Virus record (IMG/VR): IMGVR_UViG_3300049432_000156
Coordinates: 1 to 64,000 of that record
Length of the DNA stretch: 64,000 bases
Direction: 5' to 3' (one strand)
Origin: a virus
The position numbers and the translations under genes are program-made. The notes under the pieces were generated by a model. The model had not been told where the DNA came from and did not search any database. It worked only from the letters and a program-made list of their open reading frames with translations. Shown here in pieces: positions 28,201-37,313 of this stretch (positions within the stretch are counted from its first letter, which is position 1; every line of letters starts with the position of its first letter).

Positions 28201-31200
28201 TCCGTTTCAGGAACGTGTACATCGCGTCCACGTCCTCTTTGATCGTCGCGCGCCAGCCCTCCCTTTGATTGTTGAATGGGTACGCCGCGTTGTCCGTCTT
28301 CACCTTCGGGCGGACATCCAGGATGAGATTGTACGGAAGCTTCTTGTCGTTCCAGCCATAAGGATCAGCCTCGAATTGTTTCAGCCCGGCGCTGAGAACA
28401 TGCGTTGTCGGGTAGTCTCTCTTTTCTCGCGGGTCAATGTAGAGGTCGATCCTGCCCCATCCGAAATTGAATTCGTTCTCCTTCTGCCAGCCTTCAAGTT
28501 TAACGCCGATTGGAAGTTCCGTGCCGTTGAATATCACCCGCACCGGGCCGATGAGCGGTTGAGTCAGGAAGCTCGGATAGCTGTTGAAGTAAATGGATTT
28601 CTGTTCCCCGTAGGCATCGGTGTAGTTTTCCGGAATCTTAACCGTGACCGTCGTTCCGTTCGGTTCATCGGTGCGCTCGGTCTGGATTTTGAATTTCGAG
28701 CTTCTGATTTGATCGGAGCTTGCATCCACCACCGATTTCAGCCCGTTCCGGTTGCTCTCAACCCGGATGTGTTCGGAGCCAAGAATGAACGCCATCTTCG
28801 CAAGGCCAAGCCCGCCCGAAGTATTTTCCAGCGAACCTGTCTTGTAGGTTCCGCCGATGGTGAAAAAGGCCGTGCGGATAATCTCGGGCGTCATGCCAGT
28901 GCCGGTATCCTTCACCATCAGAGTCCGATTGCTGTAATCGGTTTTGATCTCAATAGTTCCTGGATTCTCGTAGGTCGCCCCGGCGCTGCGAGCCGTATCG
29001 AATGCGTTTTGGAGAAGTTCCTTGGTCGCCACTTCGACAATTGGCTTGCTGTACATCTGCGGACCTACCAGAGCCATCAACTGCTTCTTGTTGATGTCCA
29101 GTTCGATTTCGACATCGCCAGGACCGGCGCGCAGGATATGCGAACCTTTGTCCTTCAACTCGTCGAACTGCTCGTCGATTGCGGCTTGGGTGCCGCGTTC
29201 ATGTCCCGTATGAATGTAATCTTTAGCCAGCCCGTAAGAGATAGAAGTGTCTGTGCCGAATACTGCGTTTATACCATGCTCGATAGCGTAGTCCTTGACT
29301 GCCCGTCTGGCCGTATTGGTTAAAGGTTGAGTAGCATCAACCAACAATGTGTTGCTTTTCCTGTCGAAAACTCCCCTGGCGTAGCGTTTCTTGTCCAATT
29401 GATACTCAGGAACCCCTTTACCCGGCTTGAAGTCTTCACCCAATAATCGCCTTGCGGTGAATTCATGCTCGAACATGCTGACTGGTGTAATATCACCTTC
29501 GGGTGATACCCACATACCGGACGGACCTTCAAGGCCGGCTTGAGTGTCATGCGATAGGAATGACGTTTCTGGCGTCACATCGTATTTCCCATCCAGAATC
29601 GTCCGTTGGAGAATGTCCGCCTGCGTGCGTAGGCCGGGGACACGCTGCCGGATGGCATCAAAGATGACCGCCAATATCTGCCGCACCTTGGACAGGAATG
29701 CGTCCTGTGATGCGAGGATTTCCTTGGCCTGACCCCAAATGCCTTGGCGGTCGCGCGCAAACCGATCCGTCATCATGTGCGCGAAGAACTCCTCTGAACT
29801 CGACCAGTTGTAGAACTTATTGTCGATGCCTTCGTCGATGAACCGGCGGTATCCCATCTCGCCAGCAGCCAGTTTTTGAAGGTCAGCCAAGTCCTTGCCG
29901 GTTGCCGTTTGGAGCGCTCTGGCAATCGCATCATCACGCCATCGCTTCACGTTCAGCCGGTCGCTGTCCTGAACCATCTCCCAAAGCGGGTGAAAGAATT
30001 CGTGGGCGCCGACAAATGGATCACGATAACGCGCAACCTCAATAATCTGGTCCACTGGATCGTAGAATCCGGCAAGTCCACGATCTCGGCCTTGAATACC
30101 ATCGACCAACCGGAATCGAATCTGACGACCATTGAGATAGCCAGCTACCGGACTGTTCAGAATATCCCGCAGAACGGCTCTGTGTTCTTCATCCAACCCG
30201 TTTAGCGGATGCTCAACCAAAGCTCGCGCCTCTTGAATGTTCGCGGCTTCTTGAGAGTTCTGTGCGGTGCCAGGAATTCCTTCCCAGCCTTTTGGAACAG
30301 ATGCTTGCAGAGGTCGTTCGTATGAATTCCTCAAACTGAAGATGTCAAAGGATTGACCTTCCGGCGTAACGCCTGTTGCGCGTCCTCTGGCATGAAGCGC
30401 CAACTTCAAATCTCTCGGCGATGTTCCTTCGGTGTCTGTGAATGGTCTGGCCTTTTCCGCCGACTCGACCATCCGCACCCAGCGTTCGTTATTCTCCAAC
30501 GCGAAAATCCGCCCTTCGCGGAAGTCCTTGGCGAATTGTCTTGCCGCTTCCTCTGTGCGGAATGTCGCCACGTCCAAGCCTCGCAAATCTCCTTCCAATC
30601 CGGCAACGACGCGCCAATTTCGGGTCACTTGATCTTGCTTGTAATCCGACCACACCTGCCCCCATCGCCTGTTCTGCGTATTCCACGACCAAATATCTGA
30701 GGCTCGTTCTCTGGCTGCATCCGCTTTTGTGCGCTCGTATGCGGCTTCCAACGCTTGTTTAATTCCTCCGGCTGCATCGACATCCGTCTGAGTCAATCCG
30801 TAAGGCAGCGGCAAATCGCTTAGTCCGCCGCCTTGAGAGATTGCCATCTGCCACTCCAAATCATTCCCGTCCTTCAACCGGCGCAGGTCATTGACCAAGG
30901 CGTCTGCCGCAGCTACCGGATCAGGAAGCTTTTTGATCTCCTCGTTCTCTCGCAGCAATTCGTCGCGGATGCCGTTCCAGAAAGCGTCATCAAGTTCTTC
31001 GGGTCGGCGGCCAAGGAGTTGTTCGACAAGTTGCGGATTCTTCTCGCGAAGGTCATCGAAAGCCCGGCGCGTGATGTCCAGCATCGGACGGCGGCCGCTC
31101 ACCGGTTGGCCGACTTTCTTCTGCACCTTCGGCAGTTCTTCCAGGGGCACTGGCTGTAGCGGCGTCCCTGCCCCGGTCGCAGGTCTGCCGAATGGTTTAA

Positions 31201-33184
31201 CAATGAGGTCGATGTCCTCCGGCGCGTAATGCGTCACGTTGCGGTCATCGACAATCGCAGCCTGCCGCTTCGCCTTATCGCTCAGGAAGGCCAGAACCGT
31301 CGCCTTGTCAACGTTGATGCCACCTTTGACGATCTCGTGCGGAATCTCTGCCAGCGGAATCTTGTAAGTAGCGCGCTGCGCCGGTCCTTTGATGAGCAGA
31401 AAACCCTTCTGCTTCGGATCGTAGATGACGCTGGCTGGGAAGGTGCGCCCTGTACGCGGTTCGGGCAAGCGGCGGTTGATGGCCTCAAGGGTGAACTCCG
31501 GAAGGTCGGCGGCGATGTTGTTGCGGAGGGTTATCCTCGCTCCAGCAGGTTCAACAAATTTCGTTGCTCTGGGCGCTTCCGGTGGGATGTTTACCACTCC
31601 AGTACCACCAGACGCTATAACTGAACCTTCGCGAATTCCGCTAATACGGTAAGCCTCGTCTCTGTTAACAAAACGTCCTTTATCCGTAAGAAATCCATTC
31701 TCAAACCCCGGCTTGGCTTTGCCTTGTTCGGTTATTCCGCCAATCTCACTCAGAATAAGAGGATGCAACGGGCCAGTGTATATCTCCCCTGTTGGAGTTC
31801 TAACCGCTACAGCCACTACTTTTTCGCCGCCAGTCTCCGCATCCGCTGCTTTGACTTCGGCTTGACCCGTTCCGGCAGGTTCTTCGGGGGCTTTCCGTAT
31901 TCCCGCACCCACCGTTTCGCTACCTCCGGGTGTTGGCTGAACAACAGTCTCATCTGCGCTTTTGATCGGAATGGCACTTGGAACCTCCTTTGGTTTTGGA
32001 ACTTCAATTCCCGCCTTCAACAACTGCGGTTCGGTGATGATGTCGTCAACTTTGTAAACGCCTTCGTCGGCTGGATTGACGAACTGCCGCGTGACTCGAA
32101 ATTGGCGGACTGTTCCGAATGGTTCGATTTCCTCGACGGGCGGCTCAGGGATTGGTGCCGGCTCTGGCTTGACCTCGACCGGAATCCCCTGCTCCGCGGC
32201 GGACTGGGCGGCAAGGAGCCGGGCGCGCCGATAGATTCTTTCTTCCCGGACGCCTTCTGGCGTTGCGGCGTATTCCTGCTCCCGTTGCTGGGCGAAATAA
32301 TCCGTGAGCCTTCCGGCCTCCTGCCGAATCGCTCCTTCATACTCGCTCGGATGCCCGGCTGCGTAGCCAAGGACGCGTGGCAAGGCAAAGACCGCATTGG
32401 CACTGAACGATTCGGCAATTGCCCGATTGCGTTCCTCTGGCGTCATGTGCGTGTACTCCGGCAGATTCAACACCTGCCCGACTGCCTGGAGCAATGCCTG
32501 GTCAACCGTCGTTTCAATCGCCTTCTGTGCCGTCGGATTGTTCACCAATCCAAAACGGTTGATGAGACCAGCGGCAATCGGTTTCACGACCTGTCCGACG
32601 CCCAGATATAAAGCGCCAAGCGTCCCGCTCTTGACGGCTTGGTAGGGGTCTCCGGTGGCTTCATACGTTTCTCCTGCGAAGATCGGAGGATAAACAAACG
32701 CTGGAGGCAATTTGGTTACGGCCGTAATCGCTGCCGCTGCTGCGAGGGTCGGAGCGGTTTTCACCATTCCAATGACACCGCTTTTTAGTCCTGCCGCAAC
32801 GCCCCTGTCCTTGGCCAATTCCTGTTCGTATGGCGTCGGCTGATATGTGGTTAGCGCACTGTTGACGTTTTCCCATCCTGGTTTCCCGGACAAGACATCC
32901 TCGCCAGCACCCGCCAGAACGTTCCCAGTTGCCCGCAGACCGCGAAAGAAGGTGCCGAGTGGGTCAAAGCGTGAGACAACGTCTGCAACATCGCCTACGG
33001 TTCCAGCACCAGCCATTTCGGAACGTAACGATGCCTTCCGCGTTTCTCTGGCAATCAGGTCGTCGGCAGAAACACTGCGCCCGATGGCGTCGAGGTCCAG
33101 AGGTGGGGCGGGCTGTGGAGAATCTGCTACCGCACCAGCAGCGCGGCCAATCGCATCGAGGTCAAGGATGTCAGCATCAGGCAT
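22175..33184 (-). CDS. giant polyvalent internal virion protein with GHKL ATPase and two HEXXH metallopeptidase-like motifs
   Basis: 3669 aa at end of virion operon; ELLQNAFD/DTGTGM/GGLGLA/NGTTVTV; AHEFFH; IHEITH; Arg-rich C-terminus. Confidence 0.85.
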   Translation of the reverse strand: MPDADILDLDAIGRAAGAVADSPQPAPPLDLDAIGRSVSADDLIARETRKASLRSEMAGAGTVGDVADVVSRFDPLGTFFRGLRATGNVLAGAGEDVLSGKPGWENVNSALTTYQPTPYEQELAKDRGVAAGLKSGVIGMVKTAPTLAAAAAITAVTKLPPAFVYPPIFAGETYEATGDPYQAVKSGTLGALYLGVGQVVKPIAAGLINRFGLVNNPTAQKAIETTVDQALLQAVGQVLNLPEYTHMTPEERNRAIAESFSANAVFALPRVLGYAAGHPSEYEGAIRQEAGRLTDYFAQQREQEYAATPEGVREERIYRRARLLAAQSAAEQGIPVEVKPEPAPIPEPPVEEIEPFGTVRQFRVTRQFVNPADEGVYKVDDIITEPQLLKAGIEVPKPKEVPSAIPIKSADETVVQPTPGGSETVGAGIRKAPEEPAGTGQAEVKAADAETGGEKVVAVAVRTPTGEIYTGPLHPLILSEIGGITEQGKAKPGFENGFLTDKGRFVNRDEAYRISGIREGSVIASGGTGVVNIPPEAPRATKFVEPAGARITLRNNIAADLPEFTLEAINRRLPEPRTGRTFPASVIYDPKQKGFLLIKGPAQRATYKIPLAEIPHEIVKGGINVDKATVLAFLSDKAKRQAAIVDDRNVTHYAPEDIDLIVKPFGRPATGAGTPLQPVPLEELPKVQKKVGQPVSGRRPMLDITRRAFDDLREKNPQLVEQLLGRRPEELDDAFWNGIRDELLRENEEIKKLPDPVAAADALVNDLRRLKDGNDLEWQMAISQGGGLSDLPLPYGLTQTDVDAAGGIKQALEAAYERTKADAARERASDIWSWNTQNRRWGQVWSDYKQDQVTRNWRVVAGLEGDLRGLDVATFRTEEAARQFAKDFREGRIFALENNERWVRMVESAEKARPFTDTEGTSPRDLKLALHARGRATGVTPEGQSFDIFSLRNSYERPLQASVPKGWEGIPGTAQNSQEAANIQEARALVEHPLNGLDEEHRAVLRDILNSPVAGYLNGRQIRFRLVDGIQGRDRGLAGFYDPVDQIIEVARYRDPFVGAHEFFHPLWEMVQDSDRLNVKRWRDDAIARALQTATGKDLADLQKLAAGEMGYRRFIDEGIDNKFYNWSSSEEFFAHMMTDRFARDRQGIWGQAKEILASQDAFLSKVRQILAVIFDAIRQRVPGLRTQADILQRTILDGKYDVTPETSFLSHDTQAGLEGPSGMWVSPEGDITPVSMFEHEFTARRLLGEDFKPGKGVPEYQLDKKRYARGVFDRKSNTLLVDATQPLTNTARRAVKDYAIEHGINAVFGTDTSISYGLAKDYIHTGHERGTQAAIDEQFDELKDKGSHILRAGPGDVEIELDINKKQLMALVGPQMYSKPIVEVATKELLQNAFDTARSAGATYENPGTIEIKTDYSNRTLMVKDTGTGMTPEIIRTAFFTIGGTYKTGSLENTSGGLGLAKMAFILGSEHIRVESNRNGLKSVVDASSDQIRSSKFKIQTERTDEPNGTTVTVKIPENYTDAYGEQKSIYFNSYPSFLTQPLIGPVRVIFNGTELPIGVKLEGWQKENEFNFGWGRIDLYIDPREKRDYPTTHVLSAGLKQFEADPYGWNDKKLPYNLILDVRPKVKTDNAAYPFNNQREGWRATIKEDVDAMYTFLKRMAVEQELLQAKEAFTSIRQLEKVDPMKDWTPEEMADMERRYFRKKSEPPPPIRKPKEIESVDFRGPDVVIHYRDGTAITESKQEYVRKTFEAKREIDLKKTEIDVSDMDPSVPNLHNNVAVEFDDIPRAGTLITETGNVLLNFMREWGKKVGGEYEQLTDASITGWFGGISFDKNYRGLNMVKPMRAIWFNLGLFSNAGRSSPAAAASEALHIFIHEITHVAARTEGADFTAELANNYARLRSADIPVEIFEGTLDKIFTTNWEAFNEINDRLQNYNTRNRAESFQSSSAVGPERPGEAARPGEGPLGVNAPGVVGIPEQGRAGLGRTGPADRAAGPIGDILAGQARAEPPSISRSRGTQAALESRQAVEEYVKPLEETRTPEYFRAMASVINKGLVPSSVIPRYTALPAGIRGELEDMFGGRIGTHRETGPTFAQVMADPNITPEKKAEHAHNAFVEWNLYQAEKLKILSKVEAAAVDHAQAITDRITATPETNEAQVERTNRLGEIIDKIHTEQIAVGEKAHTNAVIGEGIEHIAELNDLLSQPVAHARALSGITRLVGRAALTAERPGENVLELIATQTGSPGLSPPLTVRAWVRQLATHLDQIQTPEGNKAINAGRDVIEATLWGLRQIGDWRQALLEVQMTADGTLRRFNADYLNDLRSRTPRGFNAILKEYAKAQVESDALSAAARRLDRRIETLTEKKANLEAAAQFLNEHDANPEFVAFGKQMQRATGAIKDIKNTVDGVVVTYEHPLTGADVEVDYRFGGQVELLLKLNALKDAGLEYAARPDADPIKAAGWMHFAEYIDAQILASHADNDRLTDPSWFNPIKWFNFVTKSKYGLISATTASRIPGALNLKMIRAGNAYSLALKTNNALQKKFDEIIRGTNLKAMRSHPGMTLDRWRDEVASFIHDSRQHTGQTLYNVGEHTPFGHVITKEDMAAIRTQYEFEQHLVRLAQRAGFESALAEDPAMIKEHELRMFRAPLSRGPGTIPRFLPPSSRELPALWKSARENNQIDQFLSAGDRYKRVVLGHVLEDERPYFQLGQGKFAEDYKRIRNEREILFREGRMPASLDELAQFIADRYNQRIAGSDPPLPPATAGEVRRKLIDEVNEFMLKVSDDNARKATAANVDITVHENEFTQPRGGKIAPGTLYRYGTTDPVDAFRKGANALEFYVIKYRDSLRSLNTALLAEKTALSKTLKDAYGGTGWQARRKLNAAIVSGNESVQKHQMAIWEVNRDIARIGRLLNNVTDIAKRGEGFFGDDIASRMFMPWWNFAVSNVLLAPMTLITNGVSGEFMWALKTAEIRKGGWLWVTGHLVKDWVRTAIKTAALAELKVPYLKWKGEPVSLRPGAKALRAMKTNAVKRLLDNRDLREAATEIVSGMAQEAADREQQARMGMIDRFSYREAMGTNAEWTLAENFKAAMAAFRDIHADPSLSGSKEAFGYIGMIPRAGQVLLRHGFMRSVDNWINVKSIAKEQSLGRSLEVRAMRAFDSRLENDPEFARLYREYGDNYKRFSGVLIGPDGKGELLSPAELTGKDPIIVGLTMRKAAVQLRNMFLENNDPVDLIMLKYWWNKTHPNGNRTAPIMTPAQRYALQFKMAEDTNMGTPTSRPTYFMGSKERQIGGVLGQWFLWNTDKLQELFAKVRGQKGSDVRYLPFVFGFLIASGIAGLVARIPGQRANDALFNTISSQPDFLDADNDDDRWKILLSVAANFWGAAGSIFKGFKDTPGKLGLRNPIFGANYVTDLLQTMAKIYQSRDAGPAVDFLARYSPVARALINRAPSREGLVKMRNAANELRANTPESLEAKRRQPSSGNDLRVTPMTPLYNTILNAAAVGDWSTADEAFAKAVEQSRASGNPNPEQAIISAIRTRAPESAVFSRVLTDGEREMIYSRMTPEALGRQNEANAVFNQIASRYGTGGGGATARSFGGGRGFGAVPSESSGAFSDIGGFGGSRSRLSLGSPRGVRSGFRSRSLRRGLRTRSLLRGASRRPRQSRLRRLAV

Positions 33185-33191
33185 CGCACAC

Positions 33192-34295
33192 TTAGTTCAT
33201 CAGGCTGCGGAAGTCCAATGGGTCGGTCGGCTGCGGTGTAGGCAGAACCGCGCGCCTGCTCTGTAGCAATTGCCCGATGATGGCTTTGTAGGCAGCCGGG
33301 CGTTGCTCCGCTGGAATAGCAATCAACTGCCGTTGCAACACCGCATCATCTTCAGGAGTGAGCAACACAGTGGTTGAACCGAGCAATCGCCGCACAGACG
33401 GAGTTCCAAGCGTGGCTGTCGGCGCGACTGGCGCAGTCACCGGCGCTTTGATACCGAACATGTCCGCTGCTGAACTCAGAACCTTGTCCACAATCGGCTG
33501 GCCGACTGCCGTGATGGCTTGAGCTTCCGGAGACATTGGCCCCAGCGCGGCAGGATTTGCCGCGGCATCGGGAGGAGCAACGTTGGGAGTCGCATCCAGG
33601 GCGGCGGCGCCCGGATTCGATGGATCGCCGGGAGGCTTCAAAGTTGGCTTCGGCGGCACGATGGCCTTGCCAGTCTCATCGTACTGCACCGGCTTGAACG
33701 TGAATGTGTCCGGGTCCGGAATCAGTGATTGCGCAGTGCCCTTCTCGGATTTCAAACCCAGATAGACGGCGTCAAACGCGTCTCGATTGATCTTTTGTCG
33801 AACCGGATGGTTAGGGTCATCAAAACTTTTTTCCCATGTGAATAAATGTCCAGCAGCTTTGGCGTCAGCCACCCTCTTGTTCACTTCAATCTGATACAGC
33901 GCGTTGGCCCTCTGAGCGTCGTTAATGGCAGCGGCATTGGCGTCGATGATTTCAGATTTCCGGCGCTCCGCTTCCAAGTCGGTGCGCGGAACCCTCGCCG
34001 CCTTATCCGTGTCGGCCTGTTGTTGAAGGATTTTGTTTCGCGCCTCTTCAGCTTTCTCCTGCGATGTGAGCTGCTGCATCCGGAACAAATTGGCCTGATC
34101 CTGGCTCTGCTGCTGACCGCGAAGCTGGGCCTGGGCCAATTGGCTCTGGGCCATTATTTGCTGGCGCGCGATCTCATTCGCAGCGGCTTGCTGGTCCGTC
34201 TGACGTTGTGCCGCTCTCTGCGCGAATTCACTGGCGAATAGCTGGCCGACTGCCGGATTCGTCGAGGCAAAAGGTTGGATGTCGAAGTAAGCCAT
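33192..34295 (-). CDS. putative internal virion/ejection protein
   Basis: Gln/Ala coiled-coil N-terminus; position upstream of giant gene. Confidence 0.6.
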   Translation of the reverse strand: MAYFDIQPFASTNPAVGQLFASEFAQRAAQRQTDQQAAANEIARQQIMAQSQLAQAQLRGQQQSQDQANLFRMQQLTSQEKAEEARNKILQQQADTDKAARVPRTDLEAERRKSEIIDANAAAINDAQRANALYQIEVNKRVADAKAAGHLFTWEKSFDDPNHPVRQKINRDAFDAVYLGLKSEKGTAQSLIPDPDTFTFKPVQYDETGKAIVPPKPTLKPPGDPSNPGAAALDATPNVAPPDAAANPAALGPMSPEAQAITAVGQPIVDKVLSSAADMFGIKAPVTAPVAPTATLGTPSVRRLLGSTTVLLTPEDDAVLQRQLIAIPAEQRPAAYKAIIGQLLQSRRAVLPTPQPTDPLDFRSLMN

Positions 34296-34298
34296 TGC

Positions 34299-35405
34299 TC
34301 AGTCACCGCCACCAAACTGATAATTGAAATCCTCCTGTGCCGAATTCGGTTGGTAATTGCCCCAACCGTAAGCCGAGCCATCATAGGGTGAGCTTCCACC
34401 GCCTTGGCCACCGCCGTACATCTTCATGAGCATCTGGATGAGCTGCATGATTTGTTGTTGGTTTCCGCCACCGCCACCGCCACCGCCACCGCCTCGACCT
34501 CCTTGCTGTGCCAATCGCGATTTCCCAAGGTCGCTTCCCGCAGAAGCCCATGAACCCGCTCCTGATGATCCTGGTTGGCCTCCACCGGTAACGCCCGCAC
34601 CCCCAAGGAAACCGCTGCCATAGGCGCGTTCGTAAAGGCTCAAGGCATCGTTTGCCTCACTGACGATTCCTCCCTGCACCTCATTGAATCCACGCCCGAT
34701 TCTTTCGGCGAGTCCCGGTTGCCGGTAGTACGCCCGGTTTTTGTCCTCCTGTGTAGCGATGGCCCCGAGGTTCCCCAAGTTCGCCTGTACATCCGACCGA
34801 GCCAATCGAGTCGGTTCGAGGTAACGCATCGCCGGGGTATCCAACTGACGATATTGTTCGCCTGAGCCAATCACGTTCATCCGATTCAAAAAGTTCTCTT
34901 GGCCAAGTTGCCCGGCAGTTTGATACGCCTGATTCGTTGACCCAAGAAGATTTGGCACCGCTTGAGATGCGAGTTGCTGCTGAATTCTCCCTTGGAGCAA
35001 AGCGTCGTATGTCCCGCCGCCCTGCCCGCCATAACCCGCCCTGGCCTGTTGTTCCTTCCGTTGCCGCGTGAGATCCGCCAATGCCGGGTTGATGAGAAAA
35101 CTTCCAAGAGCGTCCTGATTCATCTTCAGGATGTCACCATAGGATTTCGTCGGATCATACGCGCCAGTCGCGTACTGATTCAGAAAACCGAGGTTGCCTT
35201 TGGAAATATTCTGAGCTTGCGGCATGTTCGCTGCGTAAGCCGCCAGGTAGTTTGCATTATTGGCGGGTGAAGCGGACGTGTCGTACTCGGACCAGATGCT
35301 GCCCAGACGCGCCTGTCGCGCGGGATCGATGGTGCTCCAGCGGACGTCCGGCTTATCGGTTCTGAAGGCACCGGCTATGGCGCCCGGGATTGATTGACCC
35401 GGCAT
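34299..35405 (-). CDS. putative internal virion/ejection protein
   Basis: G/Q/A/N-rich, poly-Gly C-terminus; position. Confidence 0.6.
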   Translation of the reverse strand: MPGQSIPGAIAGAFRTDKPDVRWSTIDPARQARLGSIWSEYDTSASPANNANYLAAYAANMPQAQNISKGNLGFLNQYATGAYDPTKSYGDILKMNQDALGSFLINPALADLTRQRKEQQARAGYGGQGGGTYDALLQGRIQQQLASQAVPNLLGSTNQAYQTAGQLGQENFLNRMNVIGSGEQYRQLDTPAMRYLEPTRLARSDVQANLGNLGAIATQEDKNRAYYRQPGLAERIGRGFNEVQGGIVSEANDALSLYERAYGSGFLGGAGVTGGGQPGSSGAGSWASAGSDLGKSRLAQQGGRGGGGGGGGGGNQQQIMQLIQMLMKMYGGGQGGGSSPYDGSAYGWGNYQPNSAQEDFNYQFGGGD

Positions 35406-35720
35406 GGCGCATCTTTACGCCTCAACACCGTGCGATGCAAAGGGTTTTTTAGGCGCGCTTCGGCCACGCGTAGATGAAGAACAGCGGGCCGATGTGACAA
35501 CCAACGAACCAGGCAACGCAAACCTCACTCTTTCTATCCTCAGCCAATCTGAAAACGTTCGTGTCCCCCCAAGAGATCGAGATGCCCCAGTACCGCCAAT
35601 TGCACTTTATCTCCAAGCCTCGTGCTCCGATTCGGTTCTTGACCATATGCACGGTATTATAGTCAACACGCGGCCCTGGCGGACGATTCAGCACACATTC
35701 GTATTTTGAATCTAACTGGC

Positions 35721-35942
35721 TCATGGTGGAACATCTCGTGCCGCCAGCAACGCCTCGCTCAACAAGTTTTTCAGCCGCTCATCCCGAAGGCGTGAGGCTT
35801 CGTTGAACGCTTCAACGGCCAGTTGCATTTCCGGAAAACGCGAGAATTTCGAGGCGTCAATCTGCGGTGCGGGACCGAGCGACAGACTTTTCAGAGCCTC
35901 GCTCCTTCTCGAAATCCGTGCAATGTCAGCGGCGGTGGCCAC
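35721..35942 (-). CDS. hypothetical protein
   Basis: In virion operon. Confidence 0.55.
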   Translation of the reverse strand: MATAADIARISRRSEALKSLSLGPAPQIDASKFSRFPEMQLAVEAFNEASRLRDERLKNLLSEALLAARDVPP

Positions 35943-35948
35943 AGATCA

Positions 35949-36617
35949 TTACAATGGCCAATCCACCTCTATCCAGCTCATAAAGCAAGCGTAGAGCGTA
36001 GCTGACGCGGCGTGTGCGGCGAGTCCGAGCGCGGCCCCCGGCGGGACGATGATACTTCCAGCGGTTTCTTCCGTCACATAGGCGGTGACGGCTTGTGCAA
36101 CAGCCGGCGCGGTCGTCATCTGGGAATTGGCGTAGAGCGGCCGCAGATAGGTGAAGGCGGGTGCCCCAGTTGGCACGGTGTTGACGAACGTGCGCATTGA
36201 GCTTGCGGCAGGCGTTGTCAGAAGTCCAGACGCCGCACCAGCGCCACCCGCCGCAGTGATGCCAGCAGGTGAAGGGATGTAGTTCCAGCAGATGATGGAG
36301 GCCGTTTGCGTCGTGACAACATTCACCGCGCTAAAGCCTGCCAGCAAAATGACCGCCGCCTGACCGCTCCCAACCGGGTTGAAGATTCCGACAAACGGTT
36401 GACCCGTCGTCACTGGTATCGGCGAAACGTTTGCCGCTGCTGGCGCTACTCCAGTCGGTGCCGCCGCGATAGTAAATATGCGGTTCAACCTGGCCGCTTC
36501 AAAATACCTTCCGTGGCCGACATCGTTCGTTATCAACTCCGAGTAGGGTCCGACACGCAAGGCGCTCGTGACACCGGATGTCACCTTTCGTTCACTGGCA
36601 ATTCCTTCAGCATGCAT
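35949..36617 (-). CDS. putative virion structural protein
   Basis: A/T/G-rich beta protein; SD AGGA. Confidence 0.65.
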   Translation of the reverse strand: MHAEGIASERKVTSGVTSALRVGPYSELITNDVGHGRYFEAARLNRIFTIAAAPTGVAPAAANVSPIPVTTGQPFVGIFNPVGSGQAAVILLAGFSAVNVVTTQTASIICWNYIPSPAGITAAGGAGAASGLLTTPAASSMRTFVNTVPTGAPAFTYLRPLYANSQMTTAPAVAQAVTAYVTEETAGSIIVPPGAALGLAAHAASATLYACFMSWIEVDWPL

Positions 36618-36818
36618 ATTGTTCCATTTCCTTTTGAAGTTCGGCGGGCATAGAAAATCCTTGCTCGGTCAAAGAGAACAGGAGCAGCCGGAAGTTTTGT
36701 TGCAGTTGTTGAAAGTCCGATTGGCCAGTCAGCTTCGTCTTGTCCGGGTCAAGTCCGTCCTGCCGTTGCAACTGCTGAACAGCGGCTTTGTCGTCCAGCA
36801 CCAATGGCACACGGCTGC

Positions 36819-37307
36819 TCACAATAGAATCGGAGGCTGAATAGCAATCATCAGTTCCGTCGTTGAAAGTGCTGTGCCCACCCGCGTAACGCTCTGCCCA
36901 ACTGTGATTGGGGCGGTTGCAGTGAGTTTTCCGGCTGTCGTTGGAGACAAGTAATAATCCGTGCCAAACGTCAAGCCACCACTTCCCGATTCCACCACCG
37001 CATCCCACTGCGCCGTTGTTGCCGTAAGCACCCCGGCCACCATGACCGAACCCGAAACGCCATTAGTGATTGAAGGGCTGACGGCTACCAGACCGCGCGC
37101 TTTGGACGTGCTGGGCGCGTCCGCCTTTGCCTTGAGAAACGAATCGGCGGCATTGATGTACACCGGCGCGCCGATGACGGCCGGAGAGGCTTCGCCGTTC
37201 ACAAGCACAACAACATCACCACCGGATTGCGGTGCGTCGATGGAATCTCCAGATTGAAGAGCCTGTATGGCCCCCGACACGAGCACAAGCGGTTTCCTGA
37301 TTGCCAT
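36819..37307 (-). CDS. putative capsid decoration/cement-like protein
   Basis: MAIRKPLVL..GAPVY..KAKAD..GL..YYLSPTTAGKLT..VG.A. Confidence 0.65.
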   Translation of the reverse strand: MAIRKPLVLVSGAIQALQSGDSIDAPQSGGDVVVLVNGEASPAVIGAPVYINAADSFLKAKADAPSTSKARGLVAVSPSITNGVSGSVMVAGVLTATTAQWDAVVESGSGGLTFGTDYYLSPTTAGKLTATAPITVGQSVTRVGTALSTTELMIAIQPPILL

Positions 37308-37313
37308 GTCTGA

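Noticed and set aside
27344-29323. 659-aa plus-strand ORF (and similar ones such as 50938-52197 and 43554-44627)
   Set aside because: Antisense shadows of well-supported minus-strand genes, with no motifs.
34465-34492. CCGCCA tandem repeat
   Set aside because: It simply encodes a poly-Gly linker.
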